A model generated the notes under the pieces. It was not told the DNA's origin and searched no databases. It saw only the letters and a program-made list of their open reading frames with translations. From Anthoceros angustus (lineage: Eukaryota > Plantae > Anthocerotophyta): 64,000 nucleotides of DNA. The stretch is from NCBI GenBank assembly GCA_010909165.1, contig VJWM01000196.1:1-64000 (forward strand), written 5' to 3'. The translations under genes were made by a program, and so were the position numbers. Every line of letters begins with the position of its first letter. Positions within the stretch are counted from its first letter, which is position 1. Shown here piece after piece: positions 49,500 to 63,091 of the stretch.

Positions 49500-51545
49500 A
49501 GTTGATATCGTCGAACAACCAAACCCTAACGGGGTTTAATCCAAACGATTGTCGCAGTGCCTTGTGATGGCAGAGATGCCTCATGCAAGCCATGTTCTTG
49601 ACACCGTATATGGTGTCAGCGCAAATGGCATTGAGGTGAGCCATCCCATGATATTTGCCACACTCGCGCATGCACTAGGGAGCCAAGACGGCGTGCATAA
49701 GGGTGGAAGGATGCTGAGCACAGAGGGCGTTGAAGAGAAACTTTGAGGCGGATATGTTGACAACCCACCCACGGCTCATAGCCATCCTCCAAGAACTAAA
49801 ACGCGGGGCTCGGCAGGGCCAAGAGGAGCAGCATGCTGCGATTTCCTCGACACCATCGGCCTAATAAGCGTGCCTGATTTTAATGTGGCCGACCTGAAGC
49901 CCTCGCATGTCCTGGGGCGGCAGGTGGCGCGCATTCGGAAGAAGGTGCAGGACCAGCTTCTATTCACCGAGTGCCTGCATGTTGGCGGATGGGTGAGAGA
50001 GGGGTTCCGGCATGTGGTGCCCACCGACTTGGACAAGAGGGCCATGTTGGAGTGCCTAGGGGTGCACGTTTGAGAGTGTCACCAAGTTCTTCAGCACGGC
50101 ATGGATGCGAAGTGCACGCGCGTTCCTAAGGCGAGTGAGATTGAGGCACGCCTGCGGTTTAGGAAATGTTCGAAATCGTCCAGAGATGTCATTCACGTGA
50201 GCGCTCACCTCATCATCAACGGCAGTATACTTCTAAAGGCGGTGCCAATGGTGGTCAGGCAAGTTCCCCTCCGGGCGTTTGGGCAGCTGCCTCAGTCGAG
50301 GACGTGCTCCTCCACTCTCCTGCTCCCGCTATATGTCTCCAAGGTCGTGATGGCCACGCGGGTGACAGAAGCCATCCGCATGAACTCCGTGTACGGGAAT
50401 GCTTGAAAGGCCGGGCTTGGAGTCGGACCTGCGTTTGATTAGAGACTGGCAATTGGTTTTCAAAAGTTGTGTTTTGTCCACAGCCCGCACAAAGTGACCA
50501 CTTTTGTCAAGAGACTTTCTGAGCCGCCAATCAACGCTTGGTTTTCGCGATGGCGGATATGAAAAAGCGAGCAGCGCAACGCCAGTACCCGTGGCCATTT
50601 CTACGTGGTGCTTTCCGTCACCAATGAAAATGAACAGGAACAAGGTTGGGGCGCAATATTACGGAAAACCATGGGGTTGGCGGTGGCATTTGAGCCCGAG
50701 CTGGAGTCGAATGATGCGAATGCAGTCGCCGCCCGGAGAGTACGACCGGTTTGCGGCCTGCCATACACTCGATTGGCGAGATGGAAAGAATGCGGGGGGT
50801 TTCGGAGGCGAAAGGTCTTCCAATGTGGAACATGCACCAGGTACGCATGGCGACTGCGGGGGTGGTGCAGCTACCTGCGAGCAAGGTTGTTGTCAATGCA
50901 ACAATCCGAGGGGTGGACAGCTCAAAGTTCTAGCTGTACATCGGATGCGAGAGCTGCGGGACTGCGCTCGAAGAAGACAACTGCAGGAAGTGTGCTACAT
51001 GGAAGTGCTATGCTGCGGTTCGTCGGTGTCTCGATGGGCCCGGTATAGGCCGTTGTTCAGAAACCTTTGGGCGCATTCCAGCGAGGTGTTGGGCATGGAC
51101 CTTTAGGAGTTTGGAATGCATGTGGAATGGGGATAAAGTAGCGCTTTGCGGGATGCAGGAAGGCGGTTTGGTGCATCGAGATGTACGAACCCACTTTCGC
51201 CGCACACCATCCGTTAATTGTGCATAGCGGTGCCTTATCACGGTGGGTGGAAGGTCCTTCCAATGCGGAGTGGAGGTGGAGGCGGGAAGTCTGGCTGGTG
51301 GGAGGCGGCAGGCGGGAATGGCACCAAGAGGGCACAATTGTGATTATGACCACATCCATAGTCACGGAGCTGGTGTGAACTTTTGCGGCGATTGGGGCCA
51401 GTCTTTGCTGATAACAAATGGCGCGATGTCTGGAAGAGTGGTTGTGGAATGGCGTTAGCCAAGGGCACTGTTTAATACTCCTCCATAAGTTTGGTGTTTC
51501 GCAAACCAAGGATAGGACTGTCGCAGTGAATTGTAGTCGCGCCAA
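49500..51545 (-). mobile_element. Degenerate hAT-superfamily transposase
   Basis: Ordered remnants: LPPPTSQ (PPSY), CTINGW (CTI.SDGW), RCTARTL (CAAH.L), KPVV..FAS (TRFAT), ILRP.LVPV, VHADGF (LHAAG.F.NP), and SAC of the dimerisation domain. Confidence 0.65.
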
Positions 51546-51990
51546 AGCCTAAGGACGAATTTGCCTTCCTGTAGTGGTCAATGGTCCAAAGCCCAAGGAC
51601 TTCGGTGTTTTCGTTTTTTCATGTGTTGTACCATGTCCAAAACTAGTCCTCGGCCTATGGCCCTATGACGAAAACAACTGATGTTGTTTTCGTCATTGGG
51701 CCAAAGGCCAAGGACTAGTTTTGGACATGTTTTTTTATGGCTGTCGTCCAAAGGCCAAGGACTAAAACGTAATCCTGGATTGACGAATGGTCCAAAGGTC
51801 AAGGACTTGTTTTCATTTGGTGATTCTCGGTTTGGTCTAAAGGCCAAGGACTTTGTTCCCTTCATTGATTTACGGATTGGTCCAAAGGCCAAGGAGTTTT
51901 TTTCCCTTCATTTCCGATCTGATAGGTCCAAAGGCCAAGGAGTATTTTTCCTTTCATGACGGTCAGATTGGTCCAAAGGCCAGGGTAGGG
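51540..51990. repeat. ~45-bp-period minisatellite with conserved core GGTCCAAAGGCCAAGGA, about 9-10 units
   Basis: Core at ~51582, 51698, 51745, 51788, 51832, 51878, 51924 and 51968; also at ~57655 and ~58483. Confidence 0.85.
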
Positions 51991-52079
51991 CAGGCATAGG
52001 CAAGTAGCGTGTAGTTGGGAAATGGATTTTCTACCCAAACATGAATCGGACCTTGAAGGTGCGTGTTGCGCAATAGTTT

Positions 52080-52640
52080 GCATAGCGACCATTGGCGCAT
52101 CAGACAGTGCGTCATTATGACGCGCCATAGTTGCTACCATTGCGATGCATAAACTGCAACCATTGCAACCATACTTGCATACCTACATTGCGTGCGACCC
52201 ACATGATCGCATTGCACTGCGACCATTGCGATCATATTTCGACCCGTGGTCACATGGCTGCTATGGTTGCATAGCGCGACCCATGGTCGCATAATCACGA
52301 CGCGGTCGACCATAGTCGCGCACAAGCGACCGCCTTCGACCGTAGTCGCATGGGCTGGAAACCGCGGTCGCGGTTATGCGATCGCAGCCGACCATGGTCG
52401 CGATTATGCGATCGCGACTTCGTGCAGTGCGTATCGATCATGGTCCCATGGTCGCATACTGCCGACTGCCTGCTCGCGACCATGGTCGCGAAACTGCCGC
52501 GCATAAGCTGCGACCATTGCGACACGCTGGCTACCATTGCGACCGCGAAGCTGCAACCCCATTGCGACCATTTCGACCGCGCGCGTTCAGATACTGCGAC
52601 CATTGGGCCCGGCAGGCTGCGACCGTAATGGTCGTGCATA
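52080..52640. repeat. CpG-dense CGACCAT/ATGGTCG quasi-palindromic array
   Basis: Roughly 15 copies in both orientations, including the perfect palindrome TCGCGACCATGGTCGCGA at 52474-52491. Confidence 0.8.
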
Positions 52641-52679
52641 GCCAAATCGCGATGATGCTCCACTGACAATGCGGTTCCC

Positions 52680-55600
52680 CAAAGGTCAAGAGGTGTGGGC
52701 CGACTTTCACCGATGGCCCGCCAGTAGCGCACATCCGCGATTCGACAGAGAAAGGAGTCGCTCCAGAGAATGATGAGCTCGCGTTTGCCTTTTCAATCGT
52801 TTCACCCTCACTTAGTATCGATTCGGTCTCTGTACACTATTCATCGTTTTAAACCCAACTACCATAGCGCTCGCAAGCGGGCGATGGGCCAAGCGTTTAA
52901 GTACGGATTCGCGTCCGTGTCGTTCAAGTTCGTCACTCAACCCTCTAGTCCGTTCCTCTTACCACTCTCACTCTCACCATCCTTGGGAAAAGCGCGGGTG
53001 GCTCACAGAGTCGGACCTCCTCCGTAGTTCTGCGGGCCTCTCAGTGGGCTGCACGCCCTCCCGGAGTTCCTCCGGCTCACCGTTCGGTCCGTCCACCTTT
53101 GAGCCTTTATACGGGCGAGCAAGGGTCCCTAAGCGCTATTCACACGCACACACCACCACACGTTAGGGTCATCACCAAGACCTTGATCGGTCTCTCGGGG
53201 TCGGCCTGCTTTCGATGACTCGGGACTCGCGTTAACAAGAAGGCACCCAAGAGCACGCGCATCAACACCAGAGAAGATGCTTTACTCGGGCCTCACCCTC
53301 TTATACTACGCCGAAGGTCGGCGCCTTTATTACACCTCTATTACGAGTGAGGGCCATTTCGTCGATATCGGCGCCTACTATTCTCCTATTCCTCCTATCT
53401 CCGCCGTGGTGGTGGGGTGGGGATTACGATTCCCTCGGCGGTGGTGGCCCAATCCCCGCTGCAGCGATGCGGCGCGCAATCGGATGATCGCGGTAGACCC
53501 TCCTCTCCCGTCTCGGTTGCTGGCGGCCCGGCGGCCACTGCTGTCCTCCTCCTTCCTCCACGGGCCCCTGCGTGGGCCCTCCAGATGTGCGGTGATTGCT
53601 CTCCCCACTCAAGTGGACCTCGGGACCCGTCTCGACTCCACGAGTCCGGACCTCTAGTCCAGGTCTTCCCTCAGGGTCCGGTCCTCAAGGTCCGGTCTTC
53701 TGGAGTTCGGACCTCGGGGGTCCGGACTTGCCTCTGAGGTCGGTCTTACGGCCCAACTTCCCACAGGTCCGGACCTCGGGGTCCCGGTCACTAGAGTGGA
53801 CCTCTAAGTCGATCCTCCTTGAGGGGCGGACTTGAGGCCTTTCTTGAGTCGGACAAAGTCGGACTCACGAACTCTGGTTTTGCCTCCTCGGGCGATCATC
53901 TCACCCAGGCCCTCCCTTGGTTCCGGGTTCCGGTTGCGCCTTCCACGGCCTCCTCCTCCCTTCCTTGATGCGGAGGTGCAGTGCTTACCTCGGTGCAGTG
54001 ACCCTTCCTGCGTCAGGCTCCTCCTCTCCCTCGCGCTTTGCTGTTGTCGTCAAGCGCGCTCCTAGGGTCCCGTGGTATGTCTTTGTCCCGGGTCCTTCCT
54101 CCCTCGCTCCTCCTTGAGCCCTTACGGAAGTCCGCTCCCCCCTGGTGGCGCAAAACCTCCAGCCTTGAGCTGCGTGGTAGTAGGCGAATCGACTTGTTGG
54201 TGCCTCCTCCACATGGGCCCGGAGCACCGGTATTCCCTCCTCCAGTGCTCACGGGGGCATGTTGTCGGCTTCTTGGCCGTCTCAGTTGCCGAGCTTACCA
54301 AGCGCAGGCGGACTCCTCGATGCCAAAGCGGCCTCAGATGCGGCCTTGGCTGCGCGGCGTTCTCCTCCTCCCCGCCGTCGTTCGGCTCACTTGATTTGCA
54401 GCCATGGTGAGCTCACCCTCTACATAGCCGGGAATGACCTGCTTCCTCCTCCAGTGCTCTCTTCCCTCCGTTCATCCTTTCCCGGAGGTCCGCCACTTCC
54501 TTCTCCAGGCGGGCCGGTATCCCCGTCCGACTCCTGGCTTCCTCCACCTCCTGCTGCAGCCTCGCGACGTCGAACTCCTTGGACCGTCGCCTATTCTCCT
54601 CCGTCTTCAAGCGAAGCTGGAGGCGCTCTATCTCCGCTCGAAGTCTTGGATTCTCTCGTTGAGAACCCCTGCTTTCCGTCGTCTTGGAGTTGCGGCTCAA
54701 GGTATCCTTGCATCCTCCGGCTCCTGCCCGCCTTCTACCTCCTGCCTGCACCACAGGGTCCCCTAGTCTTGACCTCCGGCTCCTCACGGCTCGGCCGTGC
54801 TCCTCCGCTGTTCGGCCTTGTTGGCAGCTACTGCCGTCTCCCTCCACCCGGTTCCGATCACGTCGATAGTGATCCCGGTCGACCTTGTGACTTCGCTTCT
54901 CATGGCCTTCGAGCTCTGGGCCAGGCGCAGGCGGGCGCGCCTCGGCCGGTCTGACCCTCTCCGCCTCTGCTGCGCCTCCCCGTCTGCGGAGATCTTGGCT
55001 TGGGCCTCTGCGCTGCCTCGGTGCTCCTGCAATTTGAGGACCTTAGTCGATCTTCGAATCGTGGGACCTCGCGCTCCGCCTCCGCTTCCCTTCCTCGATG
55101 CGGCCGAGGGGCTTCCGCCTTCTTCCTTGCCTCTGGGCCGCCTCCATCTGCTCTGGAGGAGCACCATGCGCCTCCTTGTTGCCTCCACCTCCAGGTCTTC
55201 TCGGCCGTTCAGAGTCCCAGGCATATCCATGTGGCAGGACCAGCCGTGTCTCTCTTCCACGGTGCCGTGATGAGGCCCCAGTCCGTCGTGGGCGGGCATC
55301 TCGATCGCCAAGGACCTCCATACCGCGATCGGGAGGTCAGTGGGCTCGGGCAGGCTCTCGGACCTAATCGGGACCCTTAGGTCTGGTCGAAGGGGCCTCA
55401 CCTTCTTTAGCCCTCTTGGCGCCAATTCCTTATTCGCCCTCTTTCTCCACAGGGCTCGGAGGGTGAGGGGTTCGGGGTGCCTCTCCCGGTCGGAGGCAGG
55501 ACCCGGCTCCGTGGGGCTGCCGATGGCCTCCCGCTCACGCGTCCCTTCCGCCCGCCATCGCCTCCTCGGCTTCTTGCCACTCCGTTGGCAGCGAGAACAG

Positions 55601-57195
55601 GCGCCGTCAGGTCTTTGCGTTGAGTGGCACCGTCTTCGCCTCTTCGGTCCCAGAGTCGTCGGGTCTCGGTGTGGCGGGCGAGTCATCGGGCCCAGAGCCA
55701 ACTCCGCCTGGGCCGCCTCTTCCTTGTTGCTCGGTGGGGGCACCGGGAGGAGGAAGCGGGATGTCCTCCACACTTCCCTCGTGGCGAGGTCCGCTCGGGG
55801 TGCAGGATTCCCTCGATCGTCTTCCTCCGGACCCTCTTGCTCGGTGGGCGGGCCTCCGCCTCCTGCGCCTTCCTCCCGGTGGCGGCGGCCCAGTCGCGTT
55901 CCCTCTTCACCCTCCTTCGGGAGGTTCGCGTGCCCCCATGAATTAAAAGCGGCGATAACGCCAGCGGAGGCTTCTCACACCTCGGCTTGTGAGCTTCACG
56001 ATTGATCTGGTGATCCTTCCCGATGCCTCCTTCCTCTGCGGCGCATGCGGGGAACACCGATGGGTGTGTCCAAGGTGATCTACCTTGGTGAGCATGTTCC
56101 GATGGACAATGATCACGGCCCTTTGCTCTCCCTCCCTCTCCGGCCAGTCCGAGGCATCAACGGCCGTTGGTTGTTCGTTGCGTCACGGCTTCAACACTGC
56201 GCCGCCTCTATCTTCCCTCTTGCCTTGAGGCTCGGCACTAGCCCCCAATTTCCTCCTGGTGTTGTAAGCCGCCCTCGGGACCTCCACAGTCCACCTCTAG
56301 GGTCCTCTCGCGAGGCTCTTAGGGCGAACCTCCTTGTTGGCGCGCAGCATCTTCGGCGTACTCCCGGACTAGGGGGCCTGTCGAAGGTCGAACTGACTGG
56401 AAAACGTCCGGTGCCACTCCTCGACCAACTCCCCGCCTCCTCCGTACGCCCGGGTGCTTGGTGCGGCGATGTTGCGCTCCACCACCAGCCATGGCTCCAA
56501 ACCTCCGCGCCTTTCTTGGGTCCCATCTTCCCGCTCCTTACATCCATTTGTTGGAGTGTGAGGCTCCGCAATCGTCCGTTCCTTGGCAGCGTGGGCTTCC
56601 CTCGGCGGCGGCCGAGGTGCACTGGCGATCAAAGACAACGCCCGGGTGTCGGCGAGAGAATGCGAAGATCATTGAAGTTGCTTGGAAGAATGACCTCGCC
56701 TTGCCTCTCGCCGTCGGAGTAACCGTCAGCGGAGGGTGGTACTGCACGTGTTGGCGGGGGCACTGGCTTACTCTGCGCCTTGCGGCTTCCACTTACTGCG
56801 GCCTTACGCCGCGTGCTCTGTATACGCTGCGCAGGCGCGAATACCTACCTATAACGGCCACTGGCAACCCTACGGTCCTGGCCTATTGCATGCCCGTCTT
56901 CCACTCAGTGCCATCCACGTGGCGCCGCTCTGTCTAACTCACGCCCCAACTTCTAAGTTACCTTACTGGGCGTACTTATCCCATTCTGACCCGGAGTGGG
57001 GTCCGGACTTATCCCGATACTCCGGTGGTGGTCCAGGGCCCTTGGTGTGCCGGGTATTACCACCCGAGTCCGAGATGTAGTCCGAGGCGGAGTCCGAGTG
57101 CCGTCAGGTGCTTCCTCCTTTCCGCCTTATTTTACACTCCATACCTACGAAAAAAAAACAAACCCAGCTTATTTCCTAACCCCAAGGAGAGCCCG
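52680..57195 (-). mobile_element. Family X copy; long degenerate ORF with coiled-coil on -
   Basis: LRAEIERLQLRLKTEENRRRSKEFDVARLQQEVEEAR...RLEKEVADLRERM (54413-54847). Colinear with the other copies. Confidence 0.75.
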
Positions 57196-57282
57196 TTGTC
57201 CACAAGAGGAAAAAGAAAAACTGCAGGGACGAAGTATGGCTGCCTATCCATTTAAACAAACATCTACAATCGAAGAATCATA

Positions 57283-58560
57283 GGTTGGGTAGCCCACATA
57301 TATAGGCAAAAACCACTAGGGACTCTCGATGACGTGCCACCTCGCACCTGATGGTAGGCACTTTAGGTCTATTTATAATCCTACTTCTCCTTGGCCTTCG
57401 AATAAACAATATTTATGCACTTAACAACCTACTAGCCCTTTTCCTTGGTTTATGATTTTTAGGTATTTTCTATATAGATGCGGTGACCTATATATGTGTC
57501 ATAGTACCGTGCCTTACACACATCACGATGCACATAGATTGATTGTGCCATGACACAGCATCTAGCTAGACATGTTCACAAACACCACATGTCAACCATC
57601 CATCATGCATACATACCATGTGCATGCCATCCATGGGCAATGCACATGTGAGATTGGTCCAAAGGCCAAGGACTTTTCTTCCTATTTATAGGCAGGCTGG
57701 GCAGGGATAGGCAAGTAGCGTGTAGTTGTAAATCCATTGTTGGGTAGCCCACATATATAGGCAAAAACCACCGGGAACTCTCGATGACGTGCCACCTCAC
57801 ACCCGATGGTAGGCACTTTAGGTCTATTTATAATCCTACTTCTCCTTGGCCTTCGAACAAATGATATTTATGCACTTAACAACGTACTCGCCATTTTCCT
57901 TGGGTTATGATGTTTAGGTAGTCTGTATATAGATTCGCTGACCTATATATGTGTCATAGTACCGTGCCTCACATACTTCACGATGCACATAGATTGATTG
58001 TGCCATGATGCACAGATCTAGGTAGACATGTTCACATACATCACATGTCAACCATCCATCATGCCATACCATGTGCATGTCATGTGCACCTTTTTGGGTT
58101 ATGATATAGATTATTTGACCTATATGTGTCATAGTACCGTGCCTCACATACATCATGATGCACATAGATTGATTGTGCCATGACACAGCATCTAGCTGGA
58201 CATGTTGACATACATCACATGTCAACCATCCATCATGCATACATACCATGTGCATGTCATGTGCACCTTTTCCTTGGGTCATGATTTTTAGGTATTCTGT
58301 ATATAGATTCGTTGACCTATATATGTGTCATAGTACCGTGCCTCACATAATAATGATGTTTATAGATTACATGTACCAGGATACATCATCTGTCTAGACA
58401 TGTCCACATACATCACATGTCAACCATCCATCATGCATACATACCATGTGCATGCCATCCATGGGCAATGCACATGTGAGATTGGTCCAAAGGCCAAGGA
58501 CTTTTCTTCCTATTTATAGGCAGGCAGGGCAGGGATAGGCAAGTAGTGTGTAGTTGCCAT
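57283..58560. repeat. Complex AT-rich tandem repeat (nested ~160-200 bp and ~450 bp units)
   Basis: TATATGTGTCATAGTACCGTGCC...CATGTCAACCATCCATCATGC occurs about 4 times and GTTGGGTAGCCCACATATATAGGC twice. Confidence 0.85.
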
Positions 58561-60449
58561 GGATAGATGGCGCCTACATGACGTAAGTGGTAGGTTGACT
58601 CTGGGTCAGCGTCGGACTCAAGCAAGTGGGCGGAGTTAGAAGGCTGGAATTGCAGCTGAAAGTGGAAACCAGCAGTGGCAACATGCATGACCATGCAGTG
58701 CCGGTGGTGGAATTATCAAGAGCTGCAGTGCGATTGGCGCGCAGTCCAATACTACTGCGCTGGTGCCAACCAAGTGATGCATTGGGGGTGCCAATTGCCA
58801 GCTGAAAGTACAGAAAGGAGGTGCAGCTTCCATGAGTTTGGGGCGCAAGTTGGGGCAGCTCTTCACTCAGCAACTCCAAGTGCCACTTTTCAAAGTGGAA
58901 GCTCGCGAGCAAAGGTAGACAGTCTTGCGAGATGGGCGGCGGCGGCGAGGTGGAAGAAATGGAGCTCAACACACCCATGTCGTTGCCGGGGACGGAGGAG
59001 GAAGGCGCACTGGAAGGCATGGCGGCTAGGGAGGACGGTTGAGCGTCGGCCAGGGGGTGGTGGTGCGGCGAAATGGCGATCATGGCGGCGGGCAATCGCT
59101 CCCTACTCGGCGGTAGTGGCGGAGCGAGGCGGAGGCGGTGGCGGCGTGGGCGGCCCAGCCTAGGGGCGCGCGGGCATGGTTGAAGAGCGGCCCCGGTGCC
59201 GAGCATGCATCGGTGGATGGCTTAGTCGGCGATGGCGATGCCTAAGCGTGGCCTCCCTATGCGCTGCCTTGGTGGAGCCCTTGACTTGGCGTGCCACCTT
59301 GCGGGTCCCCAGCGGTGCGGTGGAGGTCTTGCTTGTTGCCCTCAAGGGGCTGCGATGCGGCGATAATTCCGGTTCCGCAAAACACAGGTGCAAGTAGAGG
59401 CGGGCATGCGGCCGCGAAGACTGGACTCTGACGGGGAGGGCGATTAAGCGGCTGCAGGGGCAATGCGGCAGATGGGTTGCACATCGGCCTGATGATGGAG
59501 GAGGAGTGGCGGCATGCGGCAAGCCGATGCTATAGTGCGGTGGGTGGCGCATGCACGCCAACTGCGATGGAGTGCTTTGCATGCGCCGCCAATGGCGCAA
59601 TCGAGAGGGATGCTTTGCATCTAGATCATAAAGGCTGCGGTCAACCTCGACTGCCGGGGACGAGTGGTAGTTCGCCACCAACGGCAAGGCGGGGCAAACC
59701 GGTGGTTGCAGCAGCAAAGCGATAGCTGCGCATGCGGGACGGAGGACCGAGCTTCCTGCGCCTCCTTCTCATGGCGTGCCGATGGGCGGAGGAGGTGGGG
59801 CGGAGGCGTGAGTGAGGATGGTGGGGCAAGCGGCTCCGGGCGAGAGCCCATCTGGGCGCTTCCGGTGGCGATGGAGGCCAGAGCGAGGAGGAGGCGCCCA
59901 CACGGGCACGATGGAGGCGTCGGCGGGTTGCGAGCGAAGGCGAGGGAGGCGGCGGGGCGGACAACAATCGGAAGACTCCGATGGTAGTGAGCAGCGCACA
60001 ATCCTCGTGGCTGCAATGGGGTTGCAATGCTTTGGTGGCGATTCTCATTGTCATGGCTCCTGATGGTTGCAAGTGGTGAACTTTGCCATGGTACTCATGT
60101 TTGCAAGTTGGGTTTGCGGTGTGCCGGAGTGGGCCGGCCAGGCCCTCGGGGTCATCTACGGCCAGCAGGAACCTTGTCGCATCACGCTGACGGACGTGGA
60201 GCATCGTCGGAAGATCGAGAGCTGGGGAGGCGGCGTGGAGGCGGAGGAGGCGGCAAGGTTGAGGAAGAGCTGGTCGAGCTCATCGTTGAGCTCGAGGCTG
60301 CGTGGGCACCGGAAGAGGAAGAGGGTGCAACCCGAGCAGGCGGGCCAGCGATCAGGCGGGCGGTGGCGAACATGCAGGGGCGAGAGTGCGGCGAACCCGG
60401 TGCCGGCCACGGCGTGAATGGGGCCAGCACCACCAGTGGGAGGGCCACC

Positions 60450-61900
60450 GCCGCAACAAGGTGGAGCCTCCAAACCAAGTAGAACAAAGTATGTGTTAGC
60501 AGCAGAAGTCGGCTGCGTTACATGTATGACCATGAGCACTATCCTCTTGAAGTGGTGGAGAAGGTGCGCACGGTCCACCTTTGCACCGACATGGAGGTGA
60601 TGGGCCGGGACCCGACGGCCAAAGACCGCCAGCGGCGGTGGGAATGCCACGGTGCGTTCATGAAACTCATGGGCGCGGCATGGCGCATCCTCCATGGCAT
60701 CCGCCAATCTTGGTGCGGTTGCTGGTGGATAGCCACCCTCTCCGGCCCGGTTCTTCGGGGTCCCCTTCCCATTGGTGCGGGGATGAACCGCCTCCCCAAC
60801 CTCGAGACGGTGGTACACAGCCTGCCGCCATTGCACCTCCTCCCATGTCGGTGCGGAGGACATTCGGCCCCTCCATCGAGGCGGCCGAGGCGAGCAAGTC
60901 TGGGAGAGCCTCGAGCACAAGAGGATGGGGCACTCACGAGGCTCTTCGGGGACTAGGGCGAGGGAGATGTTTTTTGTTTGTGTGTGAGACTATATTCGGA
61001 TGTTTTTTGGTTGAATGGCATCTGTGATCCGGCAAGTGTCAGTAGGGGTGGAAGTGGATTTATGGGCCTTGATGACATTGCCCTGTTTGATGAGGTTGAT
61101 GAGGGGGAGAGTGTGAAGCATTTTCAGATCTGTAATGCCGACATTGCACGGGTTTCCTTCCCACAGTCGTGTTCGGTTTCATACGATAAGTGGCGAGAGG
61201 GAGAAAGCTTTGCACGATTAGCATATGTAGACATCACCTTGGATAGCCACCTTGTTTGGCACGCACACCAGATGCACGATGTGGAAAACACCAGATCGAG
61301 CATGTTCGAGGCTAACATCCAGGAGACCCGTCACGACGGTGAAAAAGCGATCTTGAGCGACTAGCATGCCCGATCGGGGCTTCCACGGGGCGAGACATGT
61401 CCGATCCGATATATGTCCATGTGTGGTGCGGAAAACCCTAAACATGAGTATGTGTGTTTGACATAAACCCTAAATGGCGAGAAAGAAAAGTGGATAATGA
61501 GATCGAACACGAGGGGCAAGTTAGACAAAAAACTTTGTGGCGCCTAACCCGTCGTCCGCTAATGGCGCGTATGTGATGAAGGAATCTTGAAGATGCGCAG
61601 GCATCTTCATGTAGAATACCAGAAGAAAAAAACTTATCACACACACCCGGCTTAGTGACGAGATCGGTATTCCATAACATTCCATGTCACTGCCACATCT
61701 TTGTGACCAACTCTGCCACAAACTCCCTCAGACACACAAGCTGCCACACTGTGAAAACATGTCGTGTCTTCGTCCCAGGGTTTACATTCCTCTCGATCGG
61801 GCTTGGATGGCCCAACAACGGCGCGCGGACTGATAGGCCTATCTGACATTTAAAACTAGCTACAAGCACCAAGTTGGAGCTCCAGCCAGGTGCCGCGCCA
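60450..61900 (-). mobile_element. Probable PIF/Harbinger remnant (DDE transposase plus Myb/trihelix-like ORF)
   Basis: Weak but ordered motifs GVCD..FF, HEDA, LADDG and VE...GMLVA (61250-61650). Downstream, VGEAVH...DPEE..RRGW resembles a trihelix/Myb repeat. Confidence 0.4.
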
Positions 61901-63091
61901 GCTTCGCACAAAAGAAAAACAAGGTCACAAAGTTTTCCTAAACTTCTTCTGACGGGATCGGTATGCAATAAGTTAGCAGCGTAATTATTTTTTATCAAAC
62001 TTATATTGATTATCTTATAGAGTTAGAGTACAGTGAAAATTTATAAATATATTTGTATATAGATATTTTTAATATAAAATCTTTTGTATATATTTTACCA
62101 TAAATATTATTGAAAATTTTATAATAAAAATTGAATTTTATAATATGCAATATTAAACGCCACATGTGACCTCGTATCAAATATAAGGGTATGTTGTCCA
62201 TACATACACTTATGTCCCAGATATGTGGCCACGATGTTAAAACCACTACTCCATCGTCGTACTTTGTTGAGCTACAAAATATGAAGACATAGAGAAAAAC
62301 ATTGTTTGAAATAGCTGATTAAAAGATTCGAATCAAAAGTCATACCATTATGATCAACATTATGAGCTGTATCCAAATCTCCAAATATCACATGTCAAAT
62401 ATGTTTGTAAGAACTTTGAGAAGCTTAGAAACTTTTCAAACCCTTAAAATTGTTTCAAGTGTTTGGTATTTCCTGCCTCATGTGCCAATTGTAAATGTGC
62501 GATTGTCCGTAACCCGACCACATACTATATAAGTCCTAAGTAAACTTTAACTATTATTAATCTCAATTTACTAAGAACCCCTACATATTGGACCTCATAG
62601 TTTAGTTACACGGACCATGTGCCAACTAGACAGTTCAACTCCAACTTGGACAAATCAATTTCAAAATTGAATTGAACTGTTAAATAAACTGTAAATGACG
62701 AACCATAATCCCACGAATAGGCCATCAAACTGAACTAGATAGAAATTACCCCAAGTTACCCCTTCGAGACCCGGTTTCATTCTTCTTCTTTTTTTTGCAC
62801 ATATTCCATTGTATCTGAGGTCAAATATGAACTTTGTTTGCTCAATGTAGAGTTTTGTGCCCAACATCTCGACAAGTCAGCTAGTTCTCAATTTGTCTAA
62901 ACATATTGATGGTGAAAGATGTAGAGGCTCATACCTTCAAGACCAATGGAGCCACAATCGGGGAGACTCGTACCTTCATAACCAATGGAGCCACAAATTA
63001 AATGGTTGATCATATTGCTTTTGCACACTTGTGTGGTCATCATGCATATATGTATTCATTAGCTTATGTTTGCTACCAAAAGACCATTTGA

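Noticed and set aside
51540-51990. CRISPR-like repeat-spacer pattern
   Set aside because: The linkers are related to each other (TTT..CC.TTCAT...GAT), the core is short and degenerate, there are no cas genes, and the context is eukaryotic. It is a minisatellite.
36888-61027. Many long overlapping Arg/Pro/Gly-rich ORFs in the six-frame track
   Set aside because: These are expected from GC-rich, frameshifted repeat DNA. Only motif-supported TE remnants were kept.
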